A stretch of DNA of 56,108 nt from Rhodospirillales bacterium (GTDB lineage: Bacteria; Pseudomonadota; Alphaproteobacteria; Acetobacterales; Acetobacteraceae), in contig JAYVEG010000301.1 of assembly GCA_043748985.1 (NCBI GenBank), forward strand, positions 1 through 56,108, in the 5' to 3' direction. The translations under genes were made by a program, and so were the position numbers. Shown here in pieces: positions 35,427-44,773 of this stretch (its first letter is position 1; every line of letters begins with the position of its first letter). Under the pieces are notes generated by a model. It was not told the DNA's origin. It saw only the letters and a list, made by a program, of their open reading frames with translations, and ran no database searches.

Positions 35427-36718
35427 CACGGCTTCTCCATGGGCTTGGCGGCTGCACCTTGGGGCAAGGGTCCGCCGCCGCCGCCGTGTGACCCGATCGG
35501 GCGTTTGACGACGGGCCTGGAGATGCTTTCCGGCAGGGGCAGAGGCTTCTCGAGCTTTCCGACGATCGGCAGCAGGACAAGGAAGTGCAGGAAGTAGTAG
35601 GCCGTGGCCACGCGACCGAGGACGACCCAGATGCCCTCGGGCGGCTTGTTGCCGCAAACGCCGAGCAGGACGACGACGGCGACGAAGATGAACATCAGCT
35701 GGCGGTAGATCGGCCGGAAGCGGGAACTACGGACAGGCGAGGTGTCGAGCCATGGCAGCACGAACAGGACGGCGATCGACGAGAACATCAGCACCACGCC
35801 GCCGAGCTTGTTCGGAACCGATCGCAGGATCGCGTAGAACGGCAGGAAATACCATTCAGGTGCGATGTGCGCCGGGGTAGAGAGCGGGTTTGCGGGGATG
35901 AAGTTCGCTGCGTCGCCGAGATAGGTGGGGGCGAAGAACACGATGACCGCGAAGACGAGCAGATAGACGCAGATCCCGACGCTGTCCTTCATGGTGTAGT
36001 ACGGATGGAAGGGCAGCGTGTCTTGCGGCGTCTTCACGTCGATGCCGAGCGGGTTGTTCGAGCCGGTGATGTGGAGTGCCACGATGTGCAGGAACACCAC
36101 TCCGGTGATCATGAACGGCAGCAGGTAATGCAGGCTGAAGAAGCGGTTTAGGGTGGGGTTGTCGACGCTGAAGCCGCCCCAGAGCAGCGTGACGATGTAA
36201 TCGCCGACGATCGGGATGGCGGAGAACAGGTTGGTGATGACAGTCGCGCCCCAATAGCTCATCTGGCCCCAAGGCAGGACGTAGCCCATGAACGCAGTGG
36301 CCATCATCAGAAGAAGGATGGTGACGCCCAGCATGAACAGCAGCTCACGCGGTTTCTTGTATGACCCGTAGTAGAGGGCGCGGAAAATGTGGATGTAGAC
36401 GACGATGAAGAACATCGATGCGCCGTTGGCATGCACATAGCGAAGCAGCCAGCCATAATTCACGTCGCGCATGATGCGCTGGACGCTTTCGAAGGCGTTC
36501 AGCTTGTTGGGGTCGTAGTTCATCGCCAGGAAGACGCCGGTGGCGATCATGATGACCAGGTTGATCATCGCGAGCGCGCCGAAGTTCCAGAAATAGTTGA
36601 AATTTTTCGGCGTTGGGAAGGACCCGTATTCCTTCTGCATCATGGTGAAGACGGGCATCCGGGTATCGATCCAGTTGATCACCGGGTTCTTGAATTCGCT
36701 GTTGTGCAGGCCGGCCAT
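35426..36718 (-). CDS. petB: cytochrome b
   Basis: 430 aa. [36 protein letters not shown] and [13 protein letters not shown] are canonical. Confidence 0.97.
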   Translation of the reverse strand: MAGLHNSEFKNPVINWIDTRMPVFTMMQKEYGSFPTPKNFNYFWNFGALAMINLVIMIATGVFLAMNYDPNKLNAFESVQRIMRDVNYGWLLRYVHANGASMFFIVVYIHIFRALYYGSYKKPRELLFMLGVTILLLMMATAFMGYVLPWGQMSYWGATVITNLFSAIPIVGDYIVTLLWGGFSVDNPTLNRFFSLHYLLPFMITGVVFLHIVALHITGSNNPLGIDVKTPQDTLPFHPYYTMKDSVGICVYLLVFAVIVFFAPTYLGDAANFIPANPLSTPAHIAPEWYFLPFYAILRSVPNKLGGVVLMFSSIAVLFVLPWLDTSPVRSSRFRPIYRQLMFIFVAVVVLLGVCGNKPPEGIWVVLGRVATAYYFLHFLVLLPIVGKLEKPLPLPESISRPVVKRPIGSHGGGGGPLPQGAAAKPMEKP

Positions 36719-36729
36719 AATTGTTCTCC

Positions 36730-37296
36730 TCAGCCGATCTTTATCTTGGTGTCGGTGCTGAAAGCATAAGGGGGGACGGGCAGGTTAGCAGGCGCCGGAC
36801 CATGGCGGACGCGACCGGAGACGTCGTATTGGCTGCCGTGGCAGGGGCAGAACCAGCCGCCGTATTCGCCGCGCGGGTCGGTGGCCTTATTGCCGAGTGG
36901 AATGCAACCGAGGTGGGTGCAGATGCCGATGACGACAAGGAACTTCTCGTGGCCGGATTTCACGCGCGCGCTGTCGGCCTCGGGGTCGATCATGTCGCGC
37001 AGTGGGGTGGTCTCGGCGGTCTTGATCTCGTCAGCGGTCCGGTTGCGGACGAAGATGGGCTTGCCGCGCCAGACGACGGTAATGGCCTGGCCTTCCGGGA
37101 CGGGAGCGAGTTCCACATCGATGGTGCCGAGGGCGAGGACGTCCGTGGCCGGGTTCATGCTGTCGATGAAGGGCCAAGCGATGGTGGCGACCCCGATGGC
37201 GGCGGCGCTGCCGGTCAACAGCTTCAGGAAGTCGCGCTTCGATGCTTCGGGCGCGCCTGGTGTGATGAATGGAGTTGCGCTGGCTGTGTCGGCCAT
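36730..37296 (-). CDS. petA: ubiquinol-cytochrome c reductase Rieske iron-sulfur subunit
   Basis: Tat-like [16 protein letters not shown]. The Rieske boxes are CTHLGC and CPCHGSQYD. Confidence 0.95.
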   Translation of the reverse strand: MADTASATPFITPGAPEASKRDFLKLLTGSAAAIGVATIAWPFIDSMNPATDVLALGTIDVELAPVPEGQAITVVWRGKPIFVRNRTADEIKTAETTPLRDMIDPEADSARVKSGHEKFLVVIGICTHLGCIPLGNKATDPRGEYGGWFCPCHGSQYDVSGRVRHGPAPANLPVPPYAFSTDTKIKIG

Positions 37297-37420
37297 TCTC
37301 TACCTCTTTGTTCCTGCGACCGGGGTGCAGGGATTGAAAACGCTGAACCGTCTCCAGCAGTGCGGCGCACCATAAAGGCGGGCCCTCCCCCCTGCAATCG
37401 CACAGGGAAGGCTATTATGC

Positions 37421-38404
37421 TTGGAGTGCAGATTGGATGGGACGAAAATGCCGCAAGGGAAGATTGCGCCGGGAAACGTAGCGCAGGGCGTCGAGGCGCC
37501 GCCACATGCCGGGATGAAATCTGAGGCGCAGGCGTGGTTCGAGAGCCTGCGGGACCAGATCTGTGCGGCGTTCGAGGCAATCGAGGACGATTATGGGCAA
37601 GAGGCGCAGGAGGGGCCGCTGGTAAAGCAGGCGGCAGGGCGGTTCGTGCGGAAGCCTTGGTCGCGACCCGATGATCCGGATGCGAGCCTGAAGGGCGGCG
37701 GGGTGATCAGCCTGATGAAGGGGCGGGTGTTCGAGAAAGTCGGCGTGAACGTGAGCACGGTTTGGGGTGAGTTCAGCCCGGAATTCCGCAAGACGATCCC
37801 CGGGGCGGAGCAGGACCCGCGGTTCTGGGCGAGCGGGATCAGCCTGGTGGCGCACATGCACAGCCCGCTGGTACCGGCGGTGCACATGAACACACGGATG
37901 CTGGTGACGACCCGGGGTTGGTTCGGAGGTGGTGGGGACCTGACGCCGATGCGGTTGGAGACGGCGGAGGCGCAGGAGGATGCGGCGACGTTCCACGCGG
38001 CCTATCGGGCAGCGTGCGACCGGCATGCGAATGGTGGGGCGGGACCCGGCGATTATGCGGCCTACAAGAAGTGGTGCGACGAGTATTTCTGGCTGCCGCA
38101 TCGCAACGAGCCGCGGGGTGCGGGAGGAATCTTCTATGACCACGTGTTCTCAGGCGACGCGCGGGCGGATTTCGCGTTCACGCAGGATGTCGGGCGGGCT
38201 TTCCTGGAAGCGTATCCCGCAGTCGTGCGACGCCGCATGCGGGCGCCCTGGACGGAGGCGGACCGGGCGCACCAGTTGATGCGGCGCGGGCGGTATGTGG
38301 AGTTCAACCTGCTGCACGACCGGGGCACACTTTTCGGGCTGAAGACGGGTGGTAACGTAGAAGCCATCTTGATGAGCTTGCCGCCGGCAGCGGGTTGGCC
38401 GTAA
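37421..38404 (+). CDS. hemF: oxygen-dependent coproporphyrinogen III oxidase
   Basis: [52 protein letters not shown] and [18 protein letters not shown] are HemF motifs. The true start is probably internal (ATG 37448 or 37514). Confidence 0.9.
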   Translation: MECRLDGTKMPQGKIAPGNVAQGVEAPPHAGMKSEAQAWFESLRDQICAAFEAIEDDYGQEAQEGPLVKQAAGRFVRKPWSRPDDPDASLKGGGVISLMKGRVFEKVGVNVSTVWGEFSPEFRKTIPGAEQDPRFWASGISLVAHMHSPLVPAVHMNTRMLVTTRGWFGGGGDLTPMRLETAEAQEDAATFHAAYRAACDRHANGGAGPGDYAAYKKWCDEYFWLPHRNEPRGAGGIFYDHVFSGDARADFAFTQDVGRAFLEAYPAVVRRRMRAPWTEADRAHQLMRRGRYVEFNLLHDRGTLFGLKTGGNVEAILMSLPPAAGWP

Positions 38405-38432
38405 CGCTATAGTTATACCGAGGAGATGGTTC

Positions 38433-38949
38433 ATGATGCGATCGTTCCGGCTTGCTGCCGCCCTGCTTGTGTTCGCAGTGTTGCCGGCGGTTGCGCAAAC
38501 GCCGGCCCCGGCGCCGGGTGTCGCCAGGCCCGGCGCCGCTTCCATGCCGGTGAAGCCGGCGGCCGCGCCGGCATCGAGCGTCGCTGCTGCGGGCGGGAAG
38601 CTGGACATCAACAGTGCGACGGCGGATCAGCTGGAGGCGCTGCCGGGGATCGGGCCGGTGCGGTCGAAGGCAATCGTGGCCGGGCGGCCGTATGGAGAGT
38701 TGGGCGACCTGGTGAAGAAGAAGGTGCTGACGCAGGGGGGTACTCGACGGGGGAAAGGGGCGGATGGCGTTGGCTAACGTGAACACGTCGAGTGCGACGG
38801 ACATGGCGAAGGTGCTGCCGGGGGTGGGCGACGTGCGGTCGAAGGCGATCGTGGCGGGGCGGCCCTATGGGAGTGCCGAGGATCTGGTAAAGAAGGGCGT
38901 TCTGACGCAGGGCGTGTTCGACAAGGTGAAGGAAGTCGTGACCTACTGA
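38433..38949 (+). pseudogene. ComEA-like secreted protein with two tandem helix-hairpin-helix modules, split by a +1 frameshift in a G6 tract
   Basis: ORF 38433-38777 has a signal peptide, an Ala/Pro linker, and LDINSATADQLEALPGIGPVRSKAIVAGRPYGELGDLVKKKVLTQG. ORF 38764-38949 has VNTSSATDMAKVLPGVGDVRSKAIVAGRPYGSAEDLVKKGVLTQGVFDKVKEVVTY. The second frame is open back to 38740 (VLDGGKGRMALAN). Removing one G from GGGGGG at 38735-38740 joins them. Confidence 0.65.
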
Positions 38950-38988
38950 CGCGATGGGAATGCCATCGTTCAATGCCATCGCGTTCGG

Positions 38989-39225
38989 GTGTCTTGCGGC
39001 GGGGTCCTTGCGGCTGCTGCACCGGTGTTGTCGGTGGGCGATGCGTTCGACATCGTGGCGTATGTGAACAGCCAGGAGCGGTCGCGTATGGCGGGGCTGG
39101 AGCGGGATTTTCCGGACCGGTCGAAGAAGCCGGTGGACGCGGGATACGCGCCGTTTGTGGGGCCGTGGCAGCCGATCGAGGCCTGGTTGAAGGAGAACGG
39201 GGCCGCGGCCCGGACGATGGATTGA
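38989..39225 (+). pseudogene. C-terminal fragment of a c-type cytochrome (TsdA-like family)
   Basis: GDAFDIVAYVNSQERSRMAGLERDFPDRSKKPVDAGYAPF resembles, from memory, the C-terminal ~60 aa of TsdA-type dihaem cytochromes. No CxxCH site and no upstream coding sequence: only 40 nt separate it from the preceding gene. Confidence 0.4.
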
Positions 39226-39266
39226 CGGTAGGCTGATCCCTCAGCCAACGCAGTCGTCGAGTGCTG

Positions 39267-40316
39267 TCACGGTGGGTTGGACGAGCATTTGTGGTGGAGG
39301 GCGCATGCGTTGTTCTCGCACACCGAGGGGCCGTTCTGCGGCGGTCCATACCTGTTAATGAATGCGCGGGACTGCTGAAAGATCGCACCGTTTCAGACTT
39401 CGTCGAGCGACTGCTGCAACAGATTGCCCATCTTGTAGCGGCGCCCGGCTACGACCGTGCATGGATAGACGTCGCCCGTCGCCTCGATGACCATGGTCTC
39501 GAACAGTTGGCGGCATGGAGACGGCACCGCGGGATGAAGTGCCACGCCTCGCAGGCCGGGGTTACCCGAGGGATTATAGGCCTGCTGAAACCAGGCGTTA
39601 CCGCCGATGAACATGTCATCGCTGTCGTGGTAGGTCGACTTCCATGTAACATCCGGGGTCGAGAGGCGCTTGAACACGATGGGTACGCCGATCTGCTCGG
39701 AGATATGCTGTGCAGCCGGAATCTCGTGTTCGTTGAAGCGGTGGACGTGGGATTTCCAGCCGAAAAAGGGACTTGCCGCATTAAGGCGGCGCTTCGTCTC
39801 GACGAGAATGTTGGCATTGGCCATGACGCGGTCGAGGCGGCCGCAGACGCGCTATATTTCGTAGGCCGCCTGGGTGGTTCCGTCGATCGACATGAATAGC
39901 GATGAGAGGCCTGACCGGATGATTTCCTCGGCTGCCGCCTGGTCGAGGTCCCGCACAGAGAGATTGGTGTCGATGTGGCTGCGGATCCCAGCCGCGGCCG
40001 TCATGCGGATGATGGGGAGAAGGTCGGGGTTCATCATGGGCTCGCCCCAATTATAGAGGGCGATGAGCTTCGCGGCGGGGTCATTTTCAAGGATCGTGGC
40101 GTAATCGTCAGCTCGCATCAGGGTCTGGTCCTGGTCGGAGCCGCCGCATCCCGTCACGCAGAACGGGCATCGGAGGTTACAGATGTTACCGATGTCGATG
40201 TAATAGTGGGCGGGCGGGCGCACCCGGTCGGCGAGGTTGAACGGTGGCACCGTCTGTCCGACTGCGTCCAGCATTGCGCACTCCCAGGCCCGTGCTGGGA
40301 CCGACTGAGAGGCCAA
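39267..40316 (-). pseudogene. radical SAM / SPASM-domain enzyme interrupted by two in-frame stop codons (TAG 39852-39854, TGA 39393-39395)
   Basis: One continuous 350-codon frame with no frameshift. It has IDIGNICNLRCPFCVTG (CxxxCxxC) and NWGEPMMNPDL...SIDGTTQAAYEI-TAG-RVCGRLDRVMANANILVETKRRL...HRFNEHEIPAA. The SPASM-like part is PCRQLFETMVIEATGDVYPCTVV...MGNLLQQSLDEV-TGA-NGAIFQQSRAF...VCENNACALHHKC. GC is ~60% by hand count, against ~70% in the flanks. Confidence 0.75.
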
Positions 40317-40334
40317 GCTTAACCACTGCTCGTA

Positions 40335-42098
40335 TCAAGCTGCCAGCGCCTGGGTCTTGACGAGGCGCGCGTAGAGGCCGTCGGCGGCGAGGAGTTCGGC
40401 GTGGGTGCCGCGTTCGATGGCCGCACCTTCGCACAGGGTGACGACGAGGTCTGCGTCGCGGACGGTGCTGAGCCGGTGGGCGACGACGATTGTGGTGCGG
40501 CCCTTGCGGAGGGTCGCGAGCGCCATCTGGACGGCGGCTTCGCTTTCGGCGTCGAGCGCGGATGTGGCCTCGTCGAGGAGGAGGATCCGGGGATTGCGCA
40601 GCAGGGCGCGGGCCAGGGCGACGCGCTGGCGTTGGCCGCCGGACAGGCGGCCGCCGCCGGTGCCGACCTGAGTCGAGAAGCCTTCGGGGAGGGTCCAGAC
40701 GAACCCGGCGGCGGCGGCATGGGCGGCGGCTTCGACCTCGTCGTCGGTGGCGCCGGGTCGGCCCATTCGGATGTTGGCGGCGACGGTGTCGTCGAACAGG
40801 AGGGTGTCCTGCGCGACGTAGGCGATGGAGTCGCGCAGGCTTGCGAGGGTGACGGTGCGGACGTCGGTGCCGTCGATGGTGATGGCGCCGTGCAGGACGT
40901 CCTGCAGGCGGGGGATGAGGGCCAGGGCGGTGCTTTTCCCGGCGCCGCTGGGGCCGACGAGGGCGACCGTCAGGCCGGGCTGGGCGTCGAAGGTGAGGTT
41001 TTCGAGGCCGATGCGGCCGTCGGGATAGGCATAGTGGACGGCGTCGAAGCGGACGTGGCCGGGGCCGGGGGGGAGTGGGATGGCGCCGGGGCGGTCGGCG
41101 ATGCCGGGTCGCTCGTCGACGATGGCAAAGACGCGGGCCAGTCCGGCAAGGCCTTCCTGGAGGGCGGCGTTCAGGGAGCCGAGGGCCCGAAGCGGCTGGG
41201 CGGCCAGGAGCAGGGCGGAGACGAAGCCGGCGAAATTGCCGATGCCGCCATCGCCGAGGGCTGCGCGCCAGCCGGCGAAGCCGATGACGAGGGCGACTGC
41301 AGTACCGCCGAGGACCTCGAGCAAGGGGTCAAGGCGCGAGCGGTTGCGGGTCATGCGCATGAGGGCACGGTACATGTCCTGGAACGCCTGGCCTGCTCGG
41401 GCGGTCTCGGCGTCTTCCAGGCGGTAGGCGCGGACGGTGCGGGCCTGGGCGAAGCTCTGGTGCAGAAGGGCTGCGGTCTCGCCGATCTGCTCCTGCATGC
41501 CGCCCGAGGCGCGGCGGATGCGCTTGCCGAGGTGTTGGATGGGGACGGCGGCCAGGGGGTATAGGACGGCGACGATGAGGCTGAGGGTCCAATCCATGTA
41601 GAACATCGCGCCGACGAGGCCGATGATGGTGACGCCGTCGCGCAGGCCGTTGACGGTGCGGGTGAGCGCCTCGCGGATGATGGTTGCGTCGGTGGTGAAG
41701 CGGGCGGCCAGCGTGGCGGGTGGCTCGCGTTCGACCTGGACAAGGTCGGCGTGCATGAGGTGGGCGAACATCCGGCCCTGGAGCTCGCGGATCACCAGCA
41801 GGACGAGCTGCTGAACCAGCACGCTTTGGCCATACTGGGCGGCAGCCTTGGCGGCGGTGACGATCACGACCAGGAGGGGGAGCTGGTAGAGGATGCGCTG
41901 GTCGCGGTTCACGAACATCGAGATCGCGCGGTTGATGACGACGGGGTAGAGCGCCGTCAGCCCGGCAACGAGGGCGGTGAGGATAAGGACGCCGAGGAGG
42001 CGGCTGCGGTGCTGGCGGATGTGATCGCGCCAGAGGCGGCGCATGAGCGGCCAGGTACGCTCATCTAGTTGGCGGAGGGGTTTGACGCCGGTGTCCAT
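40335..42098 (-). CDS. ABC exporter, fused permease/ATPase (MsbA-like, type I exporter)
   Basis: 587 aa. The N-terminal half has six helices. It has GPSGAGKST (Walker A), LSGGQRQRVALARALL (signature) and ILLLDEATSALD (Walker B). Confidence 0.9.
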   Translation of the reverse strand: MDTGVKPLRQLDERTWPLMRRLWRDHIRQHRSRLLGVLILTALVAGLTALYPVVINRAISMFVNRDQRILYQLPLLVVIVTAAKAAAQYGQSVLVQQLVLLVIRELQGRMFAHLMHADLVQVEREPPATLAARFTTDATIIREALTRTVNGLRDGVTIIGLVGAMFYMDWTLSLIVAVLYPLAAVPIQHLGKRIRRASGGMQEQIGETAALLHQSFAQARTVRAYRLEDAETARAGQAFQDMYRALMRMTRNRSRLDPLLEVLGGTAVALVIGFAGWRAALGDGGIGNFAGFVSALLLAAQPLRALGSLNAALQEGLAGLARVFAIVDERPGIADRPGAIPLPPGPGHVRFDAVHYAYPDGRIGLENLTFDAQPGLTVALVGPSGAGKSTALALIPRLQDVLHGAITIDGTDVRTVTLASLRDSIAYVAQDTLLFDDTVAANIRMGRPGATDDEVEAAAHAAAAGFVWTLPEGFSTQVGTGGGRLSGGQRQRVALARALLRNPRILLLDEATSALDAESEAAVQMALATLRKGRTTIVVAHRLSTVRDADLVVTLCEGAAIERGTHAELLAADGLYARLVKTQALAA

Positions 42099-42195
42099 GC
42101 GGGGCGTGTATCAGCGTCGGGGGTGGGGGGACAAATCGGGGGTTTGCGCGATGGGGGTCCCGGGGCGGGACTGTTCTCGGCGGAGTGTCGGTCGC

Positions 42196-43359
42196 TCAGA
42201 CACGGCGGGCGAGTTCTGCCCGGCAAGCGGCGGCATCGGGGATGCAGCCTTCGTCCTGCCACCAGATCCGGACGGCCTCGAGGAGGCGGCCGACCTCGGG
42301 ACCGGGAGGGATGCCGAGCTGGACCGCGTCGCGCCCGGCCAGGGGGAAGATGGGGCGGGGGGTGGTTTGCAGGCGGGTGCGGAGGGCGGCCCAGGCGGGG
42401 CCGTCGCCGCCAGCCAGCCAAGTGCGGGCGACCCAGGTTTCGGCCGGGGTGTCGGCGAGGGCGCGGCCGAGGTCGGCTTCCGTCCAGGCCGGGTCGGGTG
42501 ACGGGCCGAGGAGGTCCGCGAGGGTGCTGGCCTCGGCTTTGGAGAGTTTGAGGGGTTCGGCGAGGGTGACGGCAGCAGGGTCCAGGGCGGCGAGGCGGAG
42601 GAGCGGGGCAGGGGGCGCTCCCGCCACGACCAGGTGATCCAGGGCTCCGAGCTGGATGGGGTGTTTCAGGATGGCTTCGAGCACGTGCCATTCCGCCATC
42701 AGGTGGAGGGTCGCGCGGGGGTCTGGGATGGCAAGGATGAGTTTCAGCTCGCTCCAGACGCGCTCGGCGGAGAGGCGCCGGATGTTGGGGATGGCGTCCC
42801 GAAGGGCTGTTGCAGTGGCCGAGTCGGGCGGGGTGGCGCCATAGCGGGCGTGGAAGCGGAAGAACCGAAGGAGTCGGAGGTAGTCTTCGGTGAGGCGCGT
42901 GGCGGGGTCGCCGACGAAGCGAACACGGCCGGCGCGCAGGTCTTCGATGCCGCCGAAATCGTCGTGGATGGTGCCATCGCGCTCCATGGACATGGCGTTG
43001 ATGGTGAAGTCGCGGCGGGCGGCGTCCTGGTGCCAGTCGGTGGTCCAGGCGACCTCGGCGTGGCGGCCGTCGGTGCGTTCGTCGGTGCGGAGCGTGGTGA
43101 CCTCGAATCCGCGGCCGGCGCTGATGGCGGTGACGGTGCCGTGCTTCAGGCCGGTGGGGACGTGCTTGAGGCCGGCGGCTTCCAGGCGGCTTATGGTGGT
43201 TTCCGGGGGGTCGGGGGTGGCGAGGTCGATGTCGGCGACGGGGCGGCGGGCGATCGTGTCGCGGACGGCGCCGCCAACGATGCGCGCGGTGGGCAGGGCG
43301 TCCAGCACAGGAATGAGGGCCGGATCGGCGAGGAAGGCAGGGGGCGGAATTTTGGGCAA
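42196..43359 (-). CDS. cca: CCA tRNA nucleotidyltransferase (poly(A) polymerase head-domain family)
   Basis: RIVGGAVRDTIARRPVADIDLAT...GLKHGTVTA...EVTTLRTDE...DAARRDFTINAMS are class II nucleotidyltransferase motifs. Confidence 0.9.
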   Translation of the reverse strand: MPKIPPPAFLADPALIPVLDALPTARIVGGAVRDTIARRPVADIDLATPDPPETTISRLEAAGLKHVPTGLKHGTVTAISAGRGFEVTTLRTDERTDGRHAEVAWTTDWHQDAARRDFTINAMSMERDGTIHDDFGGIEDLRAGRVRFVGDPATRLTEDYLRLLRFFRFHARYGATPPDSATATALRDAIPNIRRLSAERVWSELKLILAIPDPRATLHLMAEWHVLEAILKHPIQLGALDHLVVAGAPPAPLLRLAALDPAAVTLAEPLKLSKAEASTLADLLGPSPDPAWTEADLGRALADTPAETWVARTWLAGGDGPAWAALRTRLQTTPRPIFPLAGRDAVQLGIPPGPEVGRLLEAVRIWWQDEGCIPDAAACRAELARRV

Positions 43360-44730
43360 TCAGGGCCGCCCTGCTACCGCGGCGGCCGCATCGGGGGCGA
43401 TCTTCAGCCCCGAGAGGCTCGCGAGGACCATAAGCACCGCGATGCCGGCAAACGCGCCATGGAACGCGGCCAAACCGGTGGCGCCCGTCGCCCGAAGTGC
43501 CACCGCCCCCACGGCGACGCCCATGCCGACGGAGAACTGGAAGGCCAGGCTGAACAGGGTGTTGGCCATGCTGGTCCATTTCTCCGGCACTTCGGCGAAG
43601 GCCAGCGTGTTCAGCGCCGTGAACTGGAGCGACCGTGACGCGCCGGAGGACACGAGCAGCACGACGATCGCCGGCCACGGCATCGCGGGCGTCAGCAGCG
43701 CGCAACCGGCCATGGTTACGGCCTGGATAAGGCCATTGGCCACCAGCACACTGCGAAACCGCCAGCGCCGCAGGATGGGCGAGGTCAGCGGCTTGATCGC
43801 CACATTCCCCGCGAACAGGGTCAGCACCAACAACCCGGCATGAAACGGGTCCAGCCCAAACCCCAGCTGGAACAGCAGCGGCAACAGGAATGGCATCGTG
43901 CTGATGAGGATCCGCATCGCCGAGCCGCCGAGCATCGTGACCTTGAAGGACGGCACAGCGAACGGCTCGAGCCCCAGCAGCGGATGCGGGTGCCCGGTGA
44001 TGTGGCGGTAGAACAGCAGGCACAGGACCACCGTCGCCACCGCGAGTCCGGCAACCTCGGCCAATGGCGTCTGCTCCAGCCCCAGCTGTTCCAGCGTCAA
44101 GGTCAACGCCAGGCACGCCGCAGCACCCAGGCCGAAGCCCAGCCAGTCGAAGGGCTTCCGTTCCGCGTCCTTCACCGCGGGTAGCAGCCGCAGCGCCAGG
44201 ACGATCCCGGCGGCACCCAGCGGGACGTTCAGCAGGAACACCCAGTGCCAGGAGAGGTATTGCGTGATGAACCCGCCCAGCGGAGGCCCCAGGACCGGAG
44301 CGGTCAGCCCGGGCCAGGTCAGGATGGCAATGGCGCGCATGAGGTCCGGCTTTGCGGTGGTCCGCAGCACCACCAGGCGGCCGACCGGCACCATCATGGC
44401 ACCACCGACGCCCTGCAGCATGCGCGCCGCGATGAACCAGGGTGCCGATCCACACAGCGCGCACAGCACCGAGGCGACGGTGAAAAGCGCCACGGCGAAG
44501 GTGAACACCGGCCGCGCCCCATACCGCCCGGCGAGCCACCCGCTGGGCAGGATGAACACCGCGACTGTCAGCAGATACGCCGACACCCCGGGATTGAGGT
44601 CGATCGGTGCCACCCCGAACGACCGCGCCATCGCGGGCAGTGCGGTGTTGATGATCGACCCGTCCAGCAATTCCATGAAGAAAGCCCCCCCGACAAGGAG
44701 CGCAACGGGGCTGATGCGGGATTCAGGCAT
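43360..44730 (-). CDS. MFS transporter, DHA2 (14-TMS drug:H+ antiporter) type
   Basis: From ORF 43360-45015, with the start moved to ATG 44730 (MPESRISPVALLVGGAFFMELLDGSIINTALPAMARSF). GWLAGRYGARPVF is a motif-A-like loop. The stop abuts the cca start. Confidence 0.85.
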   Translation of the reverse strand: MPESRISPVALLVGGAFFMELLDGSIINTALPAMARSFGVAPIDLNPGVSAYLLTVAVFILPSGWLAGRYGARPVFTFAVALFTVASVLCALCGSAPWFIAARMLQGVGGAMMVPVGRLVVLRTTAKPDLMRAIAILTWPGLTAPVLGPPLGGFITQYLSWHWVFLLNVPLGAAGIVLALRLLPAVKDAERKPFDWLGFGLGAAACLALTLTLEQLGLEQTPLAEVAGLAVATVVLCLLFYRHITGHPHPLLGLEPFAVPSFKVTMLGGSAMRILISTMPFLLPLLFQLGFGLDPFHAGLLVLTLFAGNVAIKPLTSPILRRWRFRSVLVANGLIQAVTMAGCALLTPAMPWPAIVVLLVSSGASRSLQFTALNTLAFAEVPEKWTSMANTLFSLAFQFSVGMGVAVGAVALRATGATGLAAFHGAFAGIAVLMVLASLSGLKIAPDAAAAVAGRP

Positions 44731-44773
44731 ATCCCAACTGTGCCCTGGCCGCGCTGCCACGTCATCCCCGCGC

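Noticed and set aside
38970-39248. The 92-aa minus-strand ORF downstream of the radical SAM gene as a possible RiPP precursor.
   Set aside because: It is too long and Pro/Ser/Ala-rich with no leader/core features. It lies exactly antisense to the plus-strand frame that shows cytochrome-like similarity, so it is most likely a shadow ORF.
39393-39395. The in-frame TGA (and the TAG at 39852-39854) in the radical SAM gene as selenocysteine/pyrrolysine or an alternative genetic code.
   Set aside because: Every other gene in the window terminates normally with standard stops. The TGA sits where the family pattern expects Trp, not Cys/Sec. I see no SECIS-like hairpin requirement being met. Simple nonsense mutation is the more parsimonious explanation.
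42065-44539. Very long ORFs with no family resemblance: 42065-44539, 30618-32480, 16824-18533, 6450-8042, 54226-55782, 28014-29453, 33657-34970 and others.
   Set aside because: All lie opposite or out of frame to genes with strong family motifs. Their products are Arg/Pro/Gly/Ala-rich, which is typical of shadow ORFs in ~68% GC DNA.
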